DNA of 64,000 nt from Eledone cirrhosa (lineage: Eukaryota). The stretch spans positions 31,248,001 to 31,312,000 of the forward strand of contig OZ024750.1 of assembly GCA_964016885.1 (NCBI GenBank), in the 5' to 3' direction. Positions 15,001 to 30,000 of this stretch are shown in pieces. Position 1 is the stretch's first letter; each line of letters opens with the position of its first letter. The notes below the pieces were generated by a model, which did not search any database, had not been told where the DNA came from, and saw only the letters and a list, made by a program, of their open reading frames with translations. Made by a program: the position numbers and the translations under genes.

Positions 15001-18000
15001 CTCCCAGAAGAGATAGACCTAGTGTACACTAACATAACATGTAGAAACCTCTCTCAGAAGAGATAGACCTAGTGTACACTAACATAACATGTAGAAACCT
15101 CTCTCAGAAGAGATAAACCTAGTGTACACTAACATAACATGTACAGACCTCTCTCAGAAGAGATAGACCTAGTGTACACTAACATAACATGTACAGACCT
15201 CTCTCAGAAGAGATAGACCTTGTGTACACTAACATAACATGTAGAAACCTCTCTCAGAAGAGATAGACCTAGTGTACAGTAACATAACATGTACAGACCT
15301 CTCCCAGAAGAGATAGACCTAGTATACACTAACATAATATGTAGAAACCTCTCTCAGAAGAGATAGACCTAGTGTACACTAACATAACATGTAGAAACCT
15401 CTCCCAGAAGGGATAACCTAGTGTACACTAACATAACATGTAGAAACCTCTCTCAGAAGAGATAAACCTAGTGTACACTAACATAACATGTACAGACCTC
15501 TCTCAGAAGAGATAGACCTAGTGTACAGTAACATAACATGTACAGACCTCTCTCAGAAGAGATAGACCTAGTGTACACTAACATAACATGTACAGACCTC
15601 TCTCAGAAGAGATAGACCTAGTGTACACTAACATAACATGTAGAAACCTCTCCCAGAAGAGATAGACCTAGTGTACACTAACATAAGATGTACAGACCTC
15701 TCTCAGGAGAGATAGACCTAGTGTACACTAACATAACATGTAGAAACCTCTCTCAGAAGAGATAGACCTAGTGTACACTAATATAACATGTAGAAACCTC
15801 TCTCAGAAGAGATAGACCTAGTGTACACTAACATAAGATGTACAGACCTCTCTCAGAAGAGATAGACCTAGTGTACACTAACATAACATGTAAAAACCTC
15901 TCTCAGAAGAGATAGACCTAGTGTACACTAATATAACATGTACAGACCTCTCTCAGAAGAGATATACCTAGTGTACACTAACATAACATGTAGTAACCTC
16001 TCTCAGAAGAGATATACCTAGTGTACACTAACATAACATGTAGAAACCTCTCTCAGAAGAGATAGACCTAGTGTACACTAACATAACATGTAGAAACCTC
16101 TCTCAGAAGAGATAGACCTAGTGTACAGTAACATAACATGTACAGACCTCTCCCAGAAGAGATAGACCTAGTGTACACTAACATAACATGTAGAAACCTC
16201 TCTCAGAAGAGATAGACCTAGTGTACACTAACATAACATGTAGAAACCTCTCTTAGAAGAGATAAACCTAGTGTACACTAACATAACATGTACAGACCTC
16301 TCTCAGAAGAGATAGAGCTAGTGTACACTAACATAACATGTAGAAACCTCTCTCAGAAGAGATAAACCTAGTGTACACTAACATAACATGTACAGACCTC
16401 TCTCAGAAGAGATAGACCTAGTGTACACTAACATAACATGTACAGACCTCTCTCAGAAGAGATAGACCTTGTGTACACTAACATAACATGTACAGACCTC
16501 TCCCAGAAGAGATAGACCTAGTGTACACTAACATAACATGTACAGACCTCTCTCAGAAGAGATAGACATAGTGTACACTATCATAACATGTAGAAACCTC
16601 TCTCAGAAGAGATAGACCTAGTGTACAGTAACATAACATGTACAGACCTCTCCCAGAAGAGATAGACCTAGTGTACACTAACATAACATGTAGAAACCTC
16701 TCTCAGAAGAGATAGACCTAGTGTACACTAACATAACATGTAGAAACCTCTCTTAGAAGAGATACACCTAGTGTACACTAACATAACATGTACAGACCTC
16801 TCTCAGAAGAGATAGACCTAGTGTACACTAACATAACATGTAGAAACCTCTCTCAGAAGAGATAAACCTAGTGTACACTAACATAACATGTACAGACCTC
16901 TCTCAGAAGAGATAGACCTAGTGTACACTAACATAACATGTACAGACCTCTCTCAGAAGAGATAGACCTAGTGTACACTAACATAACATGTACAGACCTC
17001 TCCCAGAAGAGATAGACCTAGTGTACACTAACAAAACATGTACAGACCTCTCTCAGAAGAGATAGACCTAGTGTACACTAACATAACATGTACAGACCTC
17101 TCCCAGAAGAGATAGACCTAGTGTACACTAACATAACATGTAGAAACCTCTCTCAGAAGAGATAGACCTAGTGTACACTAACATAACATGTAGAAACCTC
17201 TCTTAGAAGAGATAAACCTAGTGTACACTAACATAACATGTACAGACCTCTCTCAGAAGAGATAGAGCTAGTGTACACTAACATAACATGTAGAAACCTC
17301 TCTCAGAAGAGATAAACCTAGTGTACACTAACATAACATGTACAGACCTCTCTCAGAAGAGATAGACCTAGTGTACACTAACATAACATGTACAGACCTC
17401 TCTCAGAAGAGATAGACCTTGTGTACACTAACATAACATGTACAGACCTCTCCCAGAAGAGATAGACCTAGTGTACACTAACATAACATGTACAGACCTC
17501 TCTCAGAAGAGATAGACCTAGTGTACACTATCATAACATGTAGAAACCTCTCTCAGAAGAGATAGACCTAGTGTACAGTAACATAACATGTACAGACCTC
17601 TCCCAGAAGAGATAGACCTAGTGTACACTAACATAACATGTAGAAACCTCTCTCAGAAGAGATAGACCTAGTGTACACTAACATAACATGTAGAAACCTC
17701 TCTTAGAAGAGATAAACCTAGTGTACACTAACATAACATGTACAGACCTCTCTCAGAAGAGATAGACCTAGTGTACACTAACATAACATGTAGAAACCTC
17801 TCTCAGAAGAGATAAACCTAGTGTACACTAACATAACATGTACAGACCTCTCTCAGAAGAGATAGACCTAGTGTACACTAACATAACATGTACAGACCTC
17901 TCTCAGAAGAGATAGACCTAGTGTACACTAACATAACATGTACAGACCTCTCCCAGAAGAGATAGACCTAGTGTACACTAACAAAACATGTACAGACCTC

Positions 18001-21000
18001 TCTCAGAAGAGATAGACCTAGTGTACACTAACATAACATGTACAGACCTCTCTCAGAAGAGATAGACCTAGTGTACACTAACATAACATGTACAGACCTC
18101 TCTCAGAAGAGATAGACCTAGTGTACACTAACATAACATGTAGAAACCTCTCTCAGAAGAGATAGACCTAGTGTACACTAAAATAACATGTACAGACCTC
18201 TCTCAGAAGAGATAGAACTAGTGTACACTAACATAACATGTAGAAACCTCTCTCAGAAGAGATAGACCTAGCGTACACTAACATAACATGTACAGACCTC
18301 TCTCAGAAGAGATAGACCTAGTGTACACTAACATAACATGTACCGATCTCTCTCAGAAGAGATAGACCTAGTGTACACTAACATAACATGTAGAAACCTC
18401 TCCCAGAAGAGATAGACCTAGTGTACACTAACATAACATGTACAGACCTCTCTCAGAAGAGATAGACCTAGTGTACACTAACATAACATGTACAGACCTC
18501 TCTCAGAAGAGATAGACCTAGTGTACACTAACATAACATGTAGAAACCTCTCTCAGAAGAGATAAACCTAGTGTACACTAACATAACATGTACAGACCTC
18601 TCTCAGAAGCGATAGACCTAGTGTACACTAACATAACATGTACAGACCTCTCTCAGAAGAGATAGACCTAGTGTACACTAACATAACATGTACAGACCTC
18701 TCCCAGAAGAGATAGACCTAGTGTACACTAACATAACATGTACAGACCTCTCTCAGAAGAGATAGACCTAGTGTACAGTAACATAACATGTACAGACCTC
18801 TCTCAGAAGAGATAGACCTAGTGTACACTAACATAACATGTACAGACCTCTCTCAGAAGAGATAGACCTAGTGTACACTAACATAATATGTAGAAACCTC
18901 TCTCAGAAGAGATAGACCTAGTGTACACTAAAATAACATGTACAGACCTCTCTCAGAAGAGATAGACCTAGTGTACACTAACATAACATGTAGAAACCTC
19001 TCTCAGAAGAGATAGACCTAGTGTACACTAAAATAACATGTACAGACCTCTCTCAGAAGAGATAGACCTAGTGTACACTAACATAACATGTAGAAACCTC
19101 TCCCAGAAGAGATAGACCTAGTGTACACTAACATAACATGTACAGACCTCTCTCAGAAGAGATAGACCTAGTGTACACTAACATAACATGTACCGACCTC
19201 TCTCAGAAGAGATAGACCTAGTGTACACTAACATAACATGTAGAAACCTCTCCCAGAAGAGATAGAGCTAGTGTACACTAACATAACATGTACAGACCTC
19301 TCTCAGAAGAGATAGACCTAGTGTACACTAACATAACATGTACAGACCTCTCTCAGAAAAGATAGACCTAGTGTACACTAACATAACATGTAGAAACCTC
19401 TCTCAGAAGAGATAGACCTAGTGTACACTAACATAACATGTAGAAACCTCTCTCAGAAGAGATAGACCTAGTGTACACTAACATAACATGTAGAAACCTC
19501 TCTCAGAAGAGATAGACCTAGTGTACACTAACATAACATGTAGAAACCTCTCTCAGAAGAGATAGACCTAGTGTACACTAACATAACATGTAGAAACCTC
19601 TCTCAGAAGAGATAGACCTAGTGTACACTAACATAACATGTAGAAACCTCTCTCAGAAGAGATAGACCTATTGTCCACTAACATAACATGTAGAAACCTC
19701 TCCCAGAAGAGATAGACCTAGTGTACACTAACATAACATGTAGAAACCTCTCTCAGAAGAGATAGACCTAGTGTACACTAACATAACATGTACAGACCTC
19801 TCTCAGAAGAGATAAACCTAGTGTACACTAACATAACATGTACAGACCTCTCCCAGAAGAGATAGACCTAGTGTACACTAACATAAGATGTACAGAACTC
19901 TCTCAGAAGAGATAGACCTAGTGTACACTAACATAACATGTAGAAACCTCTCTCAGAAGAGATAGACCTAGTGTACACTAACATAACATGTACAGACCTC
20001 TCTCAGAAGAGATAGACCTAGTGTACACTAACATAACATGTACAGACCTCTCTCAGAAGAGATAGACCTAGTGTACAGTAACATAACATGTACAGACCTC
20101 TCTCAGAAGAGATAGACCTAGTGTACACTAACATAACATGTACAGACCTCTCTCAGAAGAGATAGACCTAGTGTACACTAACATAACATGTAGAACCTCT
20201 CTCAGAAGAGATAGACCTAGTGTACACTAACATAACATGTACAGACCTCTCTCAGAAGAGATAGACCTAGTGTACAGTAACATAACATGTACAGACCTCT
20301 CCCAGAAGAGATAGACCTAGTGTACACTAACATAACATGTAGAAACCTCTCTCAGAAGAGATAGACCTAGTGTACACTAACATAACATGTAGAAACCTGT
20401 CTCAGAAGAGATAAACCTAGTGTACACTAACATAACATGTACAGACCTCTCTCAGAAGAGATAGACCTAGTGTACACTAACATAACATGTAGAAACCTTT
20501 CTCAGAAGAGATAAACCTAGTGTACACTAACATAACATGTACAGACCTCTCTCAGAAGCGATAGACCTAGTGTACACTAACATAACATGTACAGACCTCT
20601 CTCAGAAGAGATAGACCTAGTGTACACTAACATAACATGTACAGACCTCTCTCAGAAGAGATAGACCTAGTGTACACTAACATAACATGTAGAAACGTCT
20701 CTTAGAAGAGATAAACCTAGTGTACACTAACATAACATGTACAGACCTCTCTCAGAAGAGATAGACCTAGTGTACACTAACATAACATGTAGAAACCTCT
20801 CTCAGAAGAGATAAACCTAGTGTACACTAACATAACATGTATAGACCTCTCTCAGAAGAGATAGACCTAGTGTACACTAACATAACATGTACAGACCTCT
20901 CTCAGAAGAGATAGACCTTGTGTACACTAACATAACATGTACAGACCTCTCCCAGAAGAGATAGACCTAGTGTACACTAACATAACATGTACAGACCTCT

Positions 21001-24000
21001 CTCAGAAGAGATAGACCTAGTGTACACTATCATAACATGTAGAAACCTCTCTCTGAAGAGATAGACCTAGTGTACAGTAACATAACATGTACAGACCTCT
21101 CCCAGAAGAGATAGACCTAGTGTACACTAACATAACATGTAGAAACCTCTTTCAGAAGAGATAGACCTAGTGTACACTAACATAACATGTAGAAACCTCT
21201 CTTAGAAGAGATAAACCTAGTGTACTCTAACATAACATGTACAGACCTCTCTCAGAAGAGATAGACCTAGTGTACACTAACATAACATGTAGAAACCTCT
21301 CTCAGAAGAGATAAACCTAGTGTACACTAACATAACATGTACAGACCTCTCTCAGAAGAGATAGACCTAGTGTACACTAACATAACATGTACAGACCTCT
21401 CTCAGAAGAGATAGACCTAGTGTACAGTAACATAACATGTACAGACCTCTCCCAGAAGAGATAGACCTAGTGTACACTAACATAACATGTACAGACCTCT
21501 CTCAGAAGAGATAGACCTAGTGTACACTAACATAACATGTACAGACCTCTCTCAGAAGAGATAGACCTAGTGTACACTAACATAACATGTACAGACCTCT
21601 CTCAGAAGAGATAGACCTAGTGTACACTAACATAACATGTAGAAACCTCTCTCAGAAGAGATAGACCTAGTGTACACTAAAATAACATGTACAGACCTCT
21701 CTCAGAAGAGATAGAACTAGTGTACACTAACATAACATGTAGAAACCTCTCCCAGAAGAGATAGACCTAGCGTACACTAACATAACATGTACAGACCTCT
21801 CTCAGAAGAGATAGACCTAGTGTACACTAACATAACATGTACCGACCTCTCTCAGAAGAGATAGACCTAGTGTACACTAACATAACATGTAGAAACCTCT
21901 CCCAGAAGAGATAGACCTAGTGTACACTAACATAACATGTACAGACCTCTCTCAGAAGAGATAGACCTAGTGTACACTAACATAACATGTACAGACCTCT
22001 CTCAGAAGAGATAGACCTAGTGTACACTAACATAACATGTAGAAACCTCTCTCAGAAGAGATAAACCTAGTGTACACTAACATAACATGTACAGACCTCT
22101 CTCAGAAGCGATAGACCTAGTGTACACTAACATAACATGTAGAAACCTCTCTCAGAAGAGATAGACCTAGTGTACACTAACATAACATGTACAGACCTCT
22201 CCCAGAAGAGTTAGACCTAGTGTACACTAACATAACATGTACAGACCTCTCTCAGAAGAGATAGACCTAGTGTACAGTAACATAACATGTACAGACCTCT
22301 CTCAGAAGAGATAGACCTAGTGTACACTAACATAACATGTACAGACCTCTCTCAGAAGAGATAGACCTAGTGTACACTAACATAACATGTAGAAACCTCT
22401 CTCAGAAGAGATAGACCTAGTGTACACTAAAATAACATGTACAGACCTCTCTCAGAAGAGATAGACCTAGTGTACACTAACATAACATGTAGAAACCTCT
22501 CCCAGAAGAGATAGACCTAGTGTACACTAACATAACATGTACAGACCTCTCTCAGAAGAGATAGACCTAGTGTACACTAGCATAACATGTACCGACCTCT
22601 CTCAGAAGAGATAGACCTAGTGTACACTAACATAACATGTAGAAACCTCTCCCAGAAGAGATAGACCTAGTGTACACTAACATAACATGTACAGACCTCT
22701 CTCAGAAGAGATAGACCTAGTGTACACTAACATAACATGTACAGACCTCTCTCAGAAAAGATAGACCTAGTGTACACTAACATAACATGTAGAAACCTCT
22801 CTCAGAAGAGATAGACCTAGTGTACACTAACATAACATGTAGAAACCTCTCTCAGAAGAGATAGACCTAGTGTACACTAACATAACATGTAGAAACCTCT
22901 CTCAGAAGAGATAGACCTAGTGTACATTAACATAACATGTAGAAACCTCTCTCAGAAGAGATAGACCTAGTGTACACTAACATAACATGTAGAAACCTCT
23001 CTCAGAAGAGATAGACCTAGTGTACACTAACATAACATGTAGAAACCTCTCTCAGAAGAGATAGACCTATTGTCCACTAACATAACATGTAGAAACCTCT
23101 CCCAGAAGAGATAGACCTAGTGTACACTAACATAACATGTAGAAACCTCTCTCAGAAGAGATAGACCTAGTGTACACTAACATAACATGTACAGACCTCT
23201 CTCAGAAGAGATAAACCTAGTGTACACTAACATAACATGTACAGACCTCTCCCAGAAGAGATAGACCTAGTGTACACTAACATAAGATGTACAGAACTCT
23301 CTCAGAAGAGATAGACCTAGTGTACACTAACATAACATGTAGAAACCTCTCTCAGAAGAGATAGACCTAGTGTACACTAACATAACATGTACAGACCTCT
23401 CTCAGAAGAGATAGACCTAGTGTACACTAACATAACATGTACAGACCTCTCTCAGAAGAGATAGACCTAGTGTACACTAACATAACATGTAGAACCTCTC
23501 TCAGAAGAGATAGACCTAGTGTACACTAACATAACATGTACAGACCTCTCTCAGAAGAGATAGACCTAGTGTACAGTAACATAACATGTACAGACCTCTC
23601 CCAGAAGAGATAGACCTAGTGTACACTAACATAACATGTAGAAACCTCTCTCAGAAGAGATAGACCTAGTGTACACTAACATAACATGTAGAAACCTCTC
23701 TCAGAAGAGATAAACCTAGTGTACACTAACATAACATGTACAGACCTCTCTCAGAAGAGATAGACCTAGTGTACACTAACATAACATGTAGAAACCTTTC
23801 TCAGAAGAGATAAACCTAGTGTACACTAACATAACATGTACAGACCTCTCTCAGCAGCGATAGACCTAGTGTACACTAACATAACATGTACAGACCTCTC
23901 TCAGAAGAGATAGACCTAGTGTACACTAACATAACATGTACAGACCTCTCTCAGAAGAGATAGACCTAGTGTACACTAACATAACATGTACAGACCTCTC

Positions 24001-27000
24001 CCAGAAGAGATAGACCTAGTGTACACTAACATAACATGTACAGACCTCTCTCAGAAGAGATAGACCTAGTGTACACTAACATAACATGTAGAAACCTCTC
24101 TCAGAAGAGATAGACCTAGTGTACACTAAAATAACATGTACAGACCTCTCTCAGAAGAGATAGACCTAGTGTACACTAACATAACATGTAGAAACCTCTC
24201 CCAGAAGAGATAGACCTAGTGTACACTAACATAACATGTACAGACCTCTCTCAGAAGAGATAGACCTAGTGTACACTAACATAACATGTACCGACCTCTC
24301 TCAGAAGAGATAGACCTAGTGTACACTAACATAACATGTAGAACCCTCTCCCAGAAGAGATAGACCTAGTGTACACTAACATAACATGTACAGACCTCTC
24401 TCAGAAGAGATAGACCTAGTGTACACTAACATAACATGTACAGACCTCTCTCAGAAAAGATAGACCTAGTGTACACTAACATAACATGTAGAAACCTCTC
24501 TCAGAAGAGATAGACCTAGTGTACACTAACATAACATGTAGAAACCTCTCTCAGAAGAGATAGACCTAGTGTACACTAACATAACATGTACAGACCTCTC
24601 TCAGAAGAGATAGACCTAGTGTACACTAACATAACATGTACAGACCTCTCTCAGAAGAGATAGACCTAGTGTACAGTAACATAACATGTACAGACCTCTC
24701 TCAGAAGAGATAGACCTAGTGTACACTAACATAACATGTACAGACCTCTCTCAGAAGAGATAGACCTAGTGTACACTAACATAACATGTAGAACCTCTCT
24801 CAGAAGAGATAGACCTAGTGTACACTAACATAACATGTACAGACCTCTCTCAGAAGAGATAGACCTAGTGTACAGTAACATAACATGTACAGACCTCTCC
24901 CAGAAGAGATAGACCAAGTGTACACTAACATAACATGTAGAAACCTCTCTCAGAAGAGATAGACCTAGTGTACACTAACATAACATGTAGAAACCTGTCT
25001 CAGAAGAGATAAACCTAGTGTACACTAACATAACATGTACAGACCTCTCTCAGAAGAGATAGACCTAGTGTACACTAACATAACATGTAGAAACCTTTCT
25101 CAGAAGAGATAAACCTAGTGTACACTAACATAACATGTACAGACCTCTCTCAGAAGCGATAGACCTAGTGTACACTAACATAACATGTACAGACCTCTCT
25201 CAGAAGAGATAGACCTAGTGTACACTAACATAACATGTACAGACCTCTCTCAGAAGAGATAGACCTAGTGTACACTAACATAACATGTAGAAACCTCTCT
25301 TAGAAGAGATAAACCTAGTGTACACTAACATAACATGTACAGACCTCTCTCAGAAGCGATAGACCTAGTGTACACTAACATAACATGTACAGACCTCTCT
25401 CAGAAGAGATAGACCTAGTGTACACTAACATAACATGTACAGACCTCTCTCAGAAGAGATAGACCTAGTGTACACTAACATAACATGTAGAAACCTCTCT
25501 TAGAAGAGATAAACCTAGTGTACACTAACATAACATGTACAGACCTCTCTCAGAAGAGATAGACCTAGTGTACACTAACATAACATGTAGAAACCTCTCT
25601 CAGAAGAGATAGACCTAGTGTACACTAAAATAACATGTACAGACCTCTCTCAGAAGAGATATACCTAGTGTACACTAACATAACATGTAGAAACCTCTCC
25701 CAGAAGAGATAGACCTAGTGTACACTAACATAACATGTACAGACCTCTCTCAGAAGAGATAGACCTAGTGTACACTAACATAACATGTACCGACCTCTCT
25801 CAGAAGAGATAGACCTAGTGTACACTAACATAACATGTAGAAACCTCTCCCAGAAGAGATAGACCTAGTGTACACTAACATAACATGTACAGACCTCTCT
25901 CAGAAGAGATAGACCTAGTGTACACTAACATAACATGTACAGACCTCTCTCAGAAAAGATAGACCTAGTGTACACTAACATAACATGTAGAAACCTCTCT
26001 CAGAAGAGATAGACCTAGTGTACACTAACATAACATGTAGAAACCTCTCTCAGAAGAGATAGACCTAGTGTACACTAACATAACATGTAGAAACCTCTCT
26101 CAGAAGAGATAGACCTAGTGTACACTAACATAACATGTAGAAACCTCTCTCAGAAGAGATAGACCTAGTGTACACTAACATAACATGTAGAAACCTCTCT
26201 CAGAAGAGATAGACCTAGTGTACACTAACATAACATGTAGAAACCTCTCTCAGAAGAGATAGACCTATTGTCCACTAACATAACATGTAGAAACCTCTCC
26301 CAGAAGAGATAGACCTAGTGTACACTAACATAACATGTAGAAACCTCTCTCAGAAGAGATAGACCTAGTGTACACTAACATAACATGTACAGACCTCTCT
26401 CAGAAGAGATAAACCTAGTGTACACTAACATAACATGTACAGACCTCTCCCAGAAGAGATAGACCTAGTGTACACTAACATAAGATGTACAGAACTCTCT
26501 CAGAAGAGATAGACCTAGTGTACACTAACATAACATGTAGAAACCTCTCTCAGAAGAGATAGACCTAGTGTACACTAACATAACATGTACAGACCTCTCT
26601 CAGAAGAGATAGACCTAGTGTACACTAACATAACATGTACAGACCTCTCTCAGAAGAGATAGACCTAGTGTACAGTAACATAACATGTACAGACCTCTCT
26701 CAGAAGAGATAGACCTAGTGTACACTAACATAACATGTACAGACCTCTCTCAGAAGAGATAGACCTAGTGTACACTAACATAACATGTAGAACCTCTCTC
26801 AGAAGAGATAGACCTAGTGTACACTAACATAACATGTACAGACCTCTCTCAGAAGAGATAGACCTAGTGTACAGTAACATAACATGTACAGACCTCTCCC
26901 AGAAGAGATAGACCTAGTGTACACTAACATAACATGTAGAAACCTCTCTCAGAAGAGATAGACCTAGTGTACACTAACATAACATGTAGAAACCTCTCTC

Positions 27001-30000
27001 AGAAGAGATAAACCTAGTGTACACTAACATAACATGTACAGACCTCTCTCAGAAGAGATAGACCTAGTGTACACTAACATAACATGTAGAAACCTTTCTC
27101 AGAAGAGATAAACCTAGTGTACACTAACATAACATGTACAGACCTCTCTCAGCAGCGATAGACCTAGTGTACACTAACATAACATGTACAGACCTCTCTC
27201 AGAAGAGATAGACCTAGTGTACACTAACATAACATGTACAGACCTCTCTCAGAAGAGATAGACCTAGTGTACACTAACATAACATGTACAGACCTCTCCC
27301 AGAAGAGATAGACCTAGTGTACACTAACATAACATGTACAGACCTCTCTCAGAAGAGATAGACCTAGTGTACACTAACATAACATGTAGAAACCTCTCTC
27401 AGAAGAGATAGACCTAGTGTACACTAAAATAACATGTACAGACCTCTCTCAGAAGAGATAGACCTAGTGTACACTAACATAACATGTAGAAACCTCTCCC
27501 AGAAGAGATAGACCTAGTGTACACTAACATAACATGTACAGACCTCTCTCAGAAGAGATAGACCTAGTGTACACTAACATAACATGTACCGACCTCTCTC
27601 ACAAGAGATAGACCTAGTGTACACTAACATAACATGTAGAACCCTCTCCCAGAAGAGATAGACCTAGTGTACACTAACATAACATGTACAGACCTCTCTC
27701 AGAAGAGATAGACCTAGTGTACACTAACATAACATGTACAGACCTCTCTCAGAAAAGATAGACCTAGTGTACACTAACATAACATGTAGAAACCTCTCTC
27801 AGAAGAGATAGACCTAGTGTACACTAACATAACATGTAGAAACCTCTCTCAGAAGAGATAGACCTAGTGTACACTAACATAACATGTACAGACCTCTCTC
27901 AGAAGAGATAGACCTAGTGTACAGTAACATAACATGTACAGACCTCTCTCAGAAGAGATAGACCTAGTGTACACTAACATAACATGTACAGACCTCTCTC
28001 AGAAGAGATAGACCTAGTGTACACTAACATAACATGTAGAACCTCTCTCAGAAGAGATAGACCTAGTGTACACTAACGTAACATGTACAGACCTCTCTCA
28101 GAAGAGATAGACCTAGTGTACAGTAACATAACATGTACAGACCTCTCCCAGAAGAGATAGACCTAGTGTACACTAACATAACATGTAGAAACCTCTCTCA
28201 GAAGAGATAGACCTGGTGTACACTAACATAACATGTAGAAACCTGTCTCAGAAGAGATAAACCTAGTGTACACTAACATAACATGTACAGACCTCTCTCA
28301 GAAGAGATAGACCTAGTGTACACTAACATAACATGTAGAAACCTTTCTCAGAAGAGATAAACCTAGTGTACACTAACATAACATGTACAGACCTCTCTCA
28401 GAAGCGATAGACCTAGTGTACACTAACATAACATGTACAGACCTCTCTCAGAAGAGATAGACCTAGTGTACACTAACATAACATGTACAGACCTCTCTCA
28501 GAAGAGATAGACCTAGTGTACACTAACATAACATGTAGAAACCTCTCTTAGAAGAGATAAACCTAGTGTACACTAACATAACATGTACAGACCTCTCTCA
28601 GAAGAGATAGACCTAGTGTACACTAACATAACATGTAGAAACCTCTCTCAGAAGAGATAAACCTAGTGTACACTAACATAACATGTACAGACCTCTCTCA
28701 GAAGAGATAGACCTAGTGTACACTAACATAACATGTACAGACCTCTCTCAGAAGAGATAGACCTTGTGTACACTAACATAACATGTACAGACCTCTCCCA
28801 GAAGAGATAGACCTAGTGTACACTAACATAACATGTACAGACCTCTCTCAGAAGAGATAGACCTAGTGTACACTATCATAACATGTAGAAACCTCTCTCA
28901 GAAGAGATAGACCTAGTGTACAGTAACATAACATGTACAGACCTCTCCCAGAAGAGATAGACCTAGTGTACACTAACATAACATGTAGAAACCTCTCTCA
29001 GAAGAGATAGACCTAGTGTACACTAACATAACATGTAGAAACCTCTCTTAGAAGAGATAAACCTAGTGTACTCTAACATAACATGTACAGACCTCTCTCA
29101 GAAGAGATAGACCTAGTGTACACTAACATAACATGTAGAAACCTCTCTCAGAAGAGATAAACCTAGTGTACACTAACATAACATGTACAGACCTCTCTCA
29201 GAAGAGATAGACCTAGTGTACACTAACATAACATGTACAGACCTCTCTCAGAAGAGATAGACCTAGTGTACACTAACATAACATGTACAGACCTCTCCCA
29301 GAAGAGATAGACCTAGTGTACACTAACATAACATGTACAGACCTCTCTCAGAAGAGATAGACCTAGTGTACACTAACATAACATGTACAGACCTCTCTCA
29401 GAAGAGATAGACCTAGTGTACACTAACATAACATGTACAGACCTCTCTCAGAAGAGATAGACCTAGTGTACACTAACATAACATGTAGAAACCTCTCTCA
29501 GAAGAGATAGACCTAGTGTACACTAAAATAACATGTACAGACCTCTCTCAGAAGAGATAGAACTAGTGTACACTAACATAACATGTAGAAACCTCTCCCA
29601 GAAGAGATAGACCTAGCGTACACTAACATAACATGTACAGACCTCTCTCAGAAGCGATAGACCTAGTGTACACTAACATAACATGTACCGACCTCTCTCA
29701 GAAGAGATAGACCTAGTGTACACTAACATAACATGTAGAAACCTCTCCCAGAAGAGATAGACCTAGTGTACACTAACATAACATGTACAGACCTCTCTCA
29801 GAAGAGATAGACCTAGTGTACACTAACATAACATGTACAGACCTCTCTCAGAAGAGATAGACCTAGTGTACACTAACATAACATGTAGAAACCTCTCTCA
29901 GAAGAGATAAACCTAGTGTACACTAACATAACATGTACAGACCTCTCTCAGAAGCGATAGACCTAGTGTACACTAACATAACATGTACAGACCTCTCTCA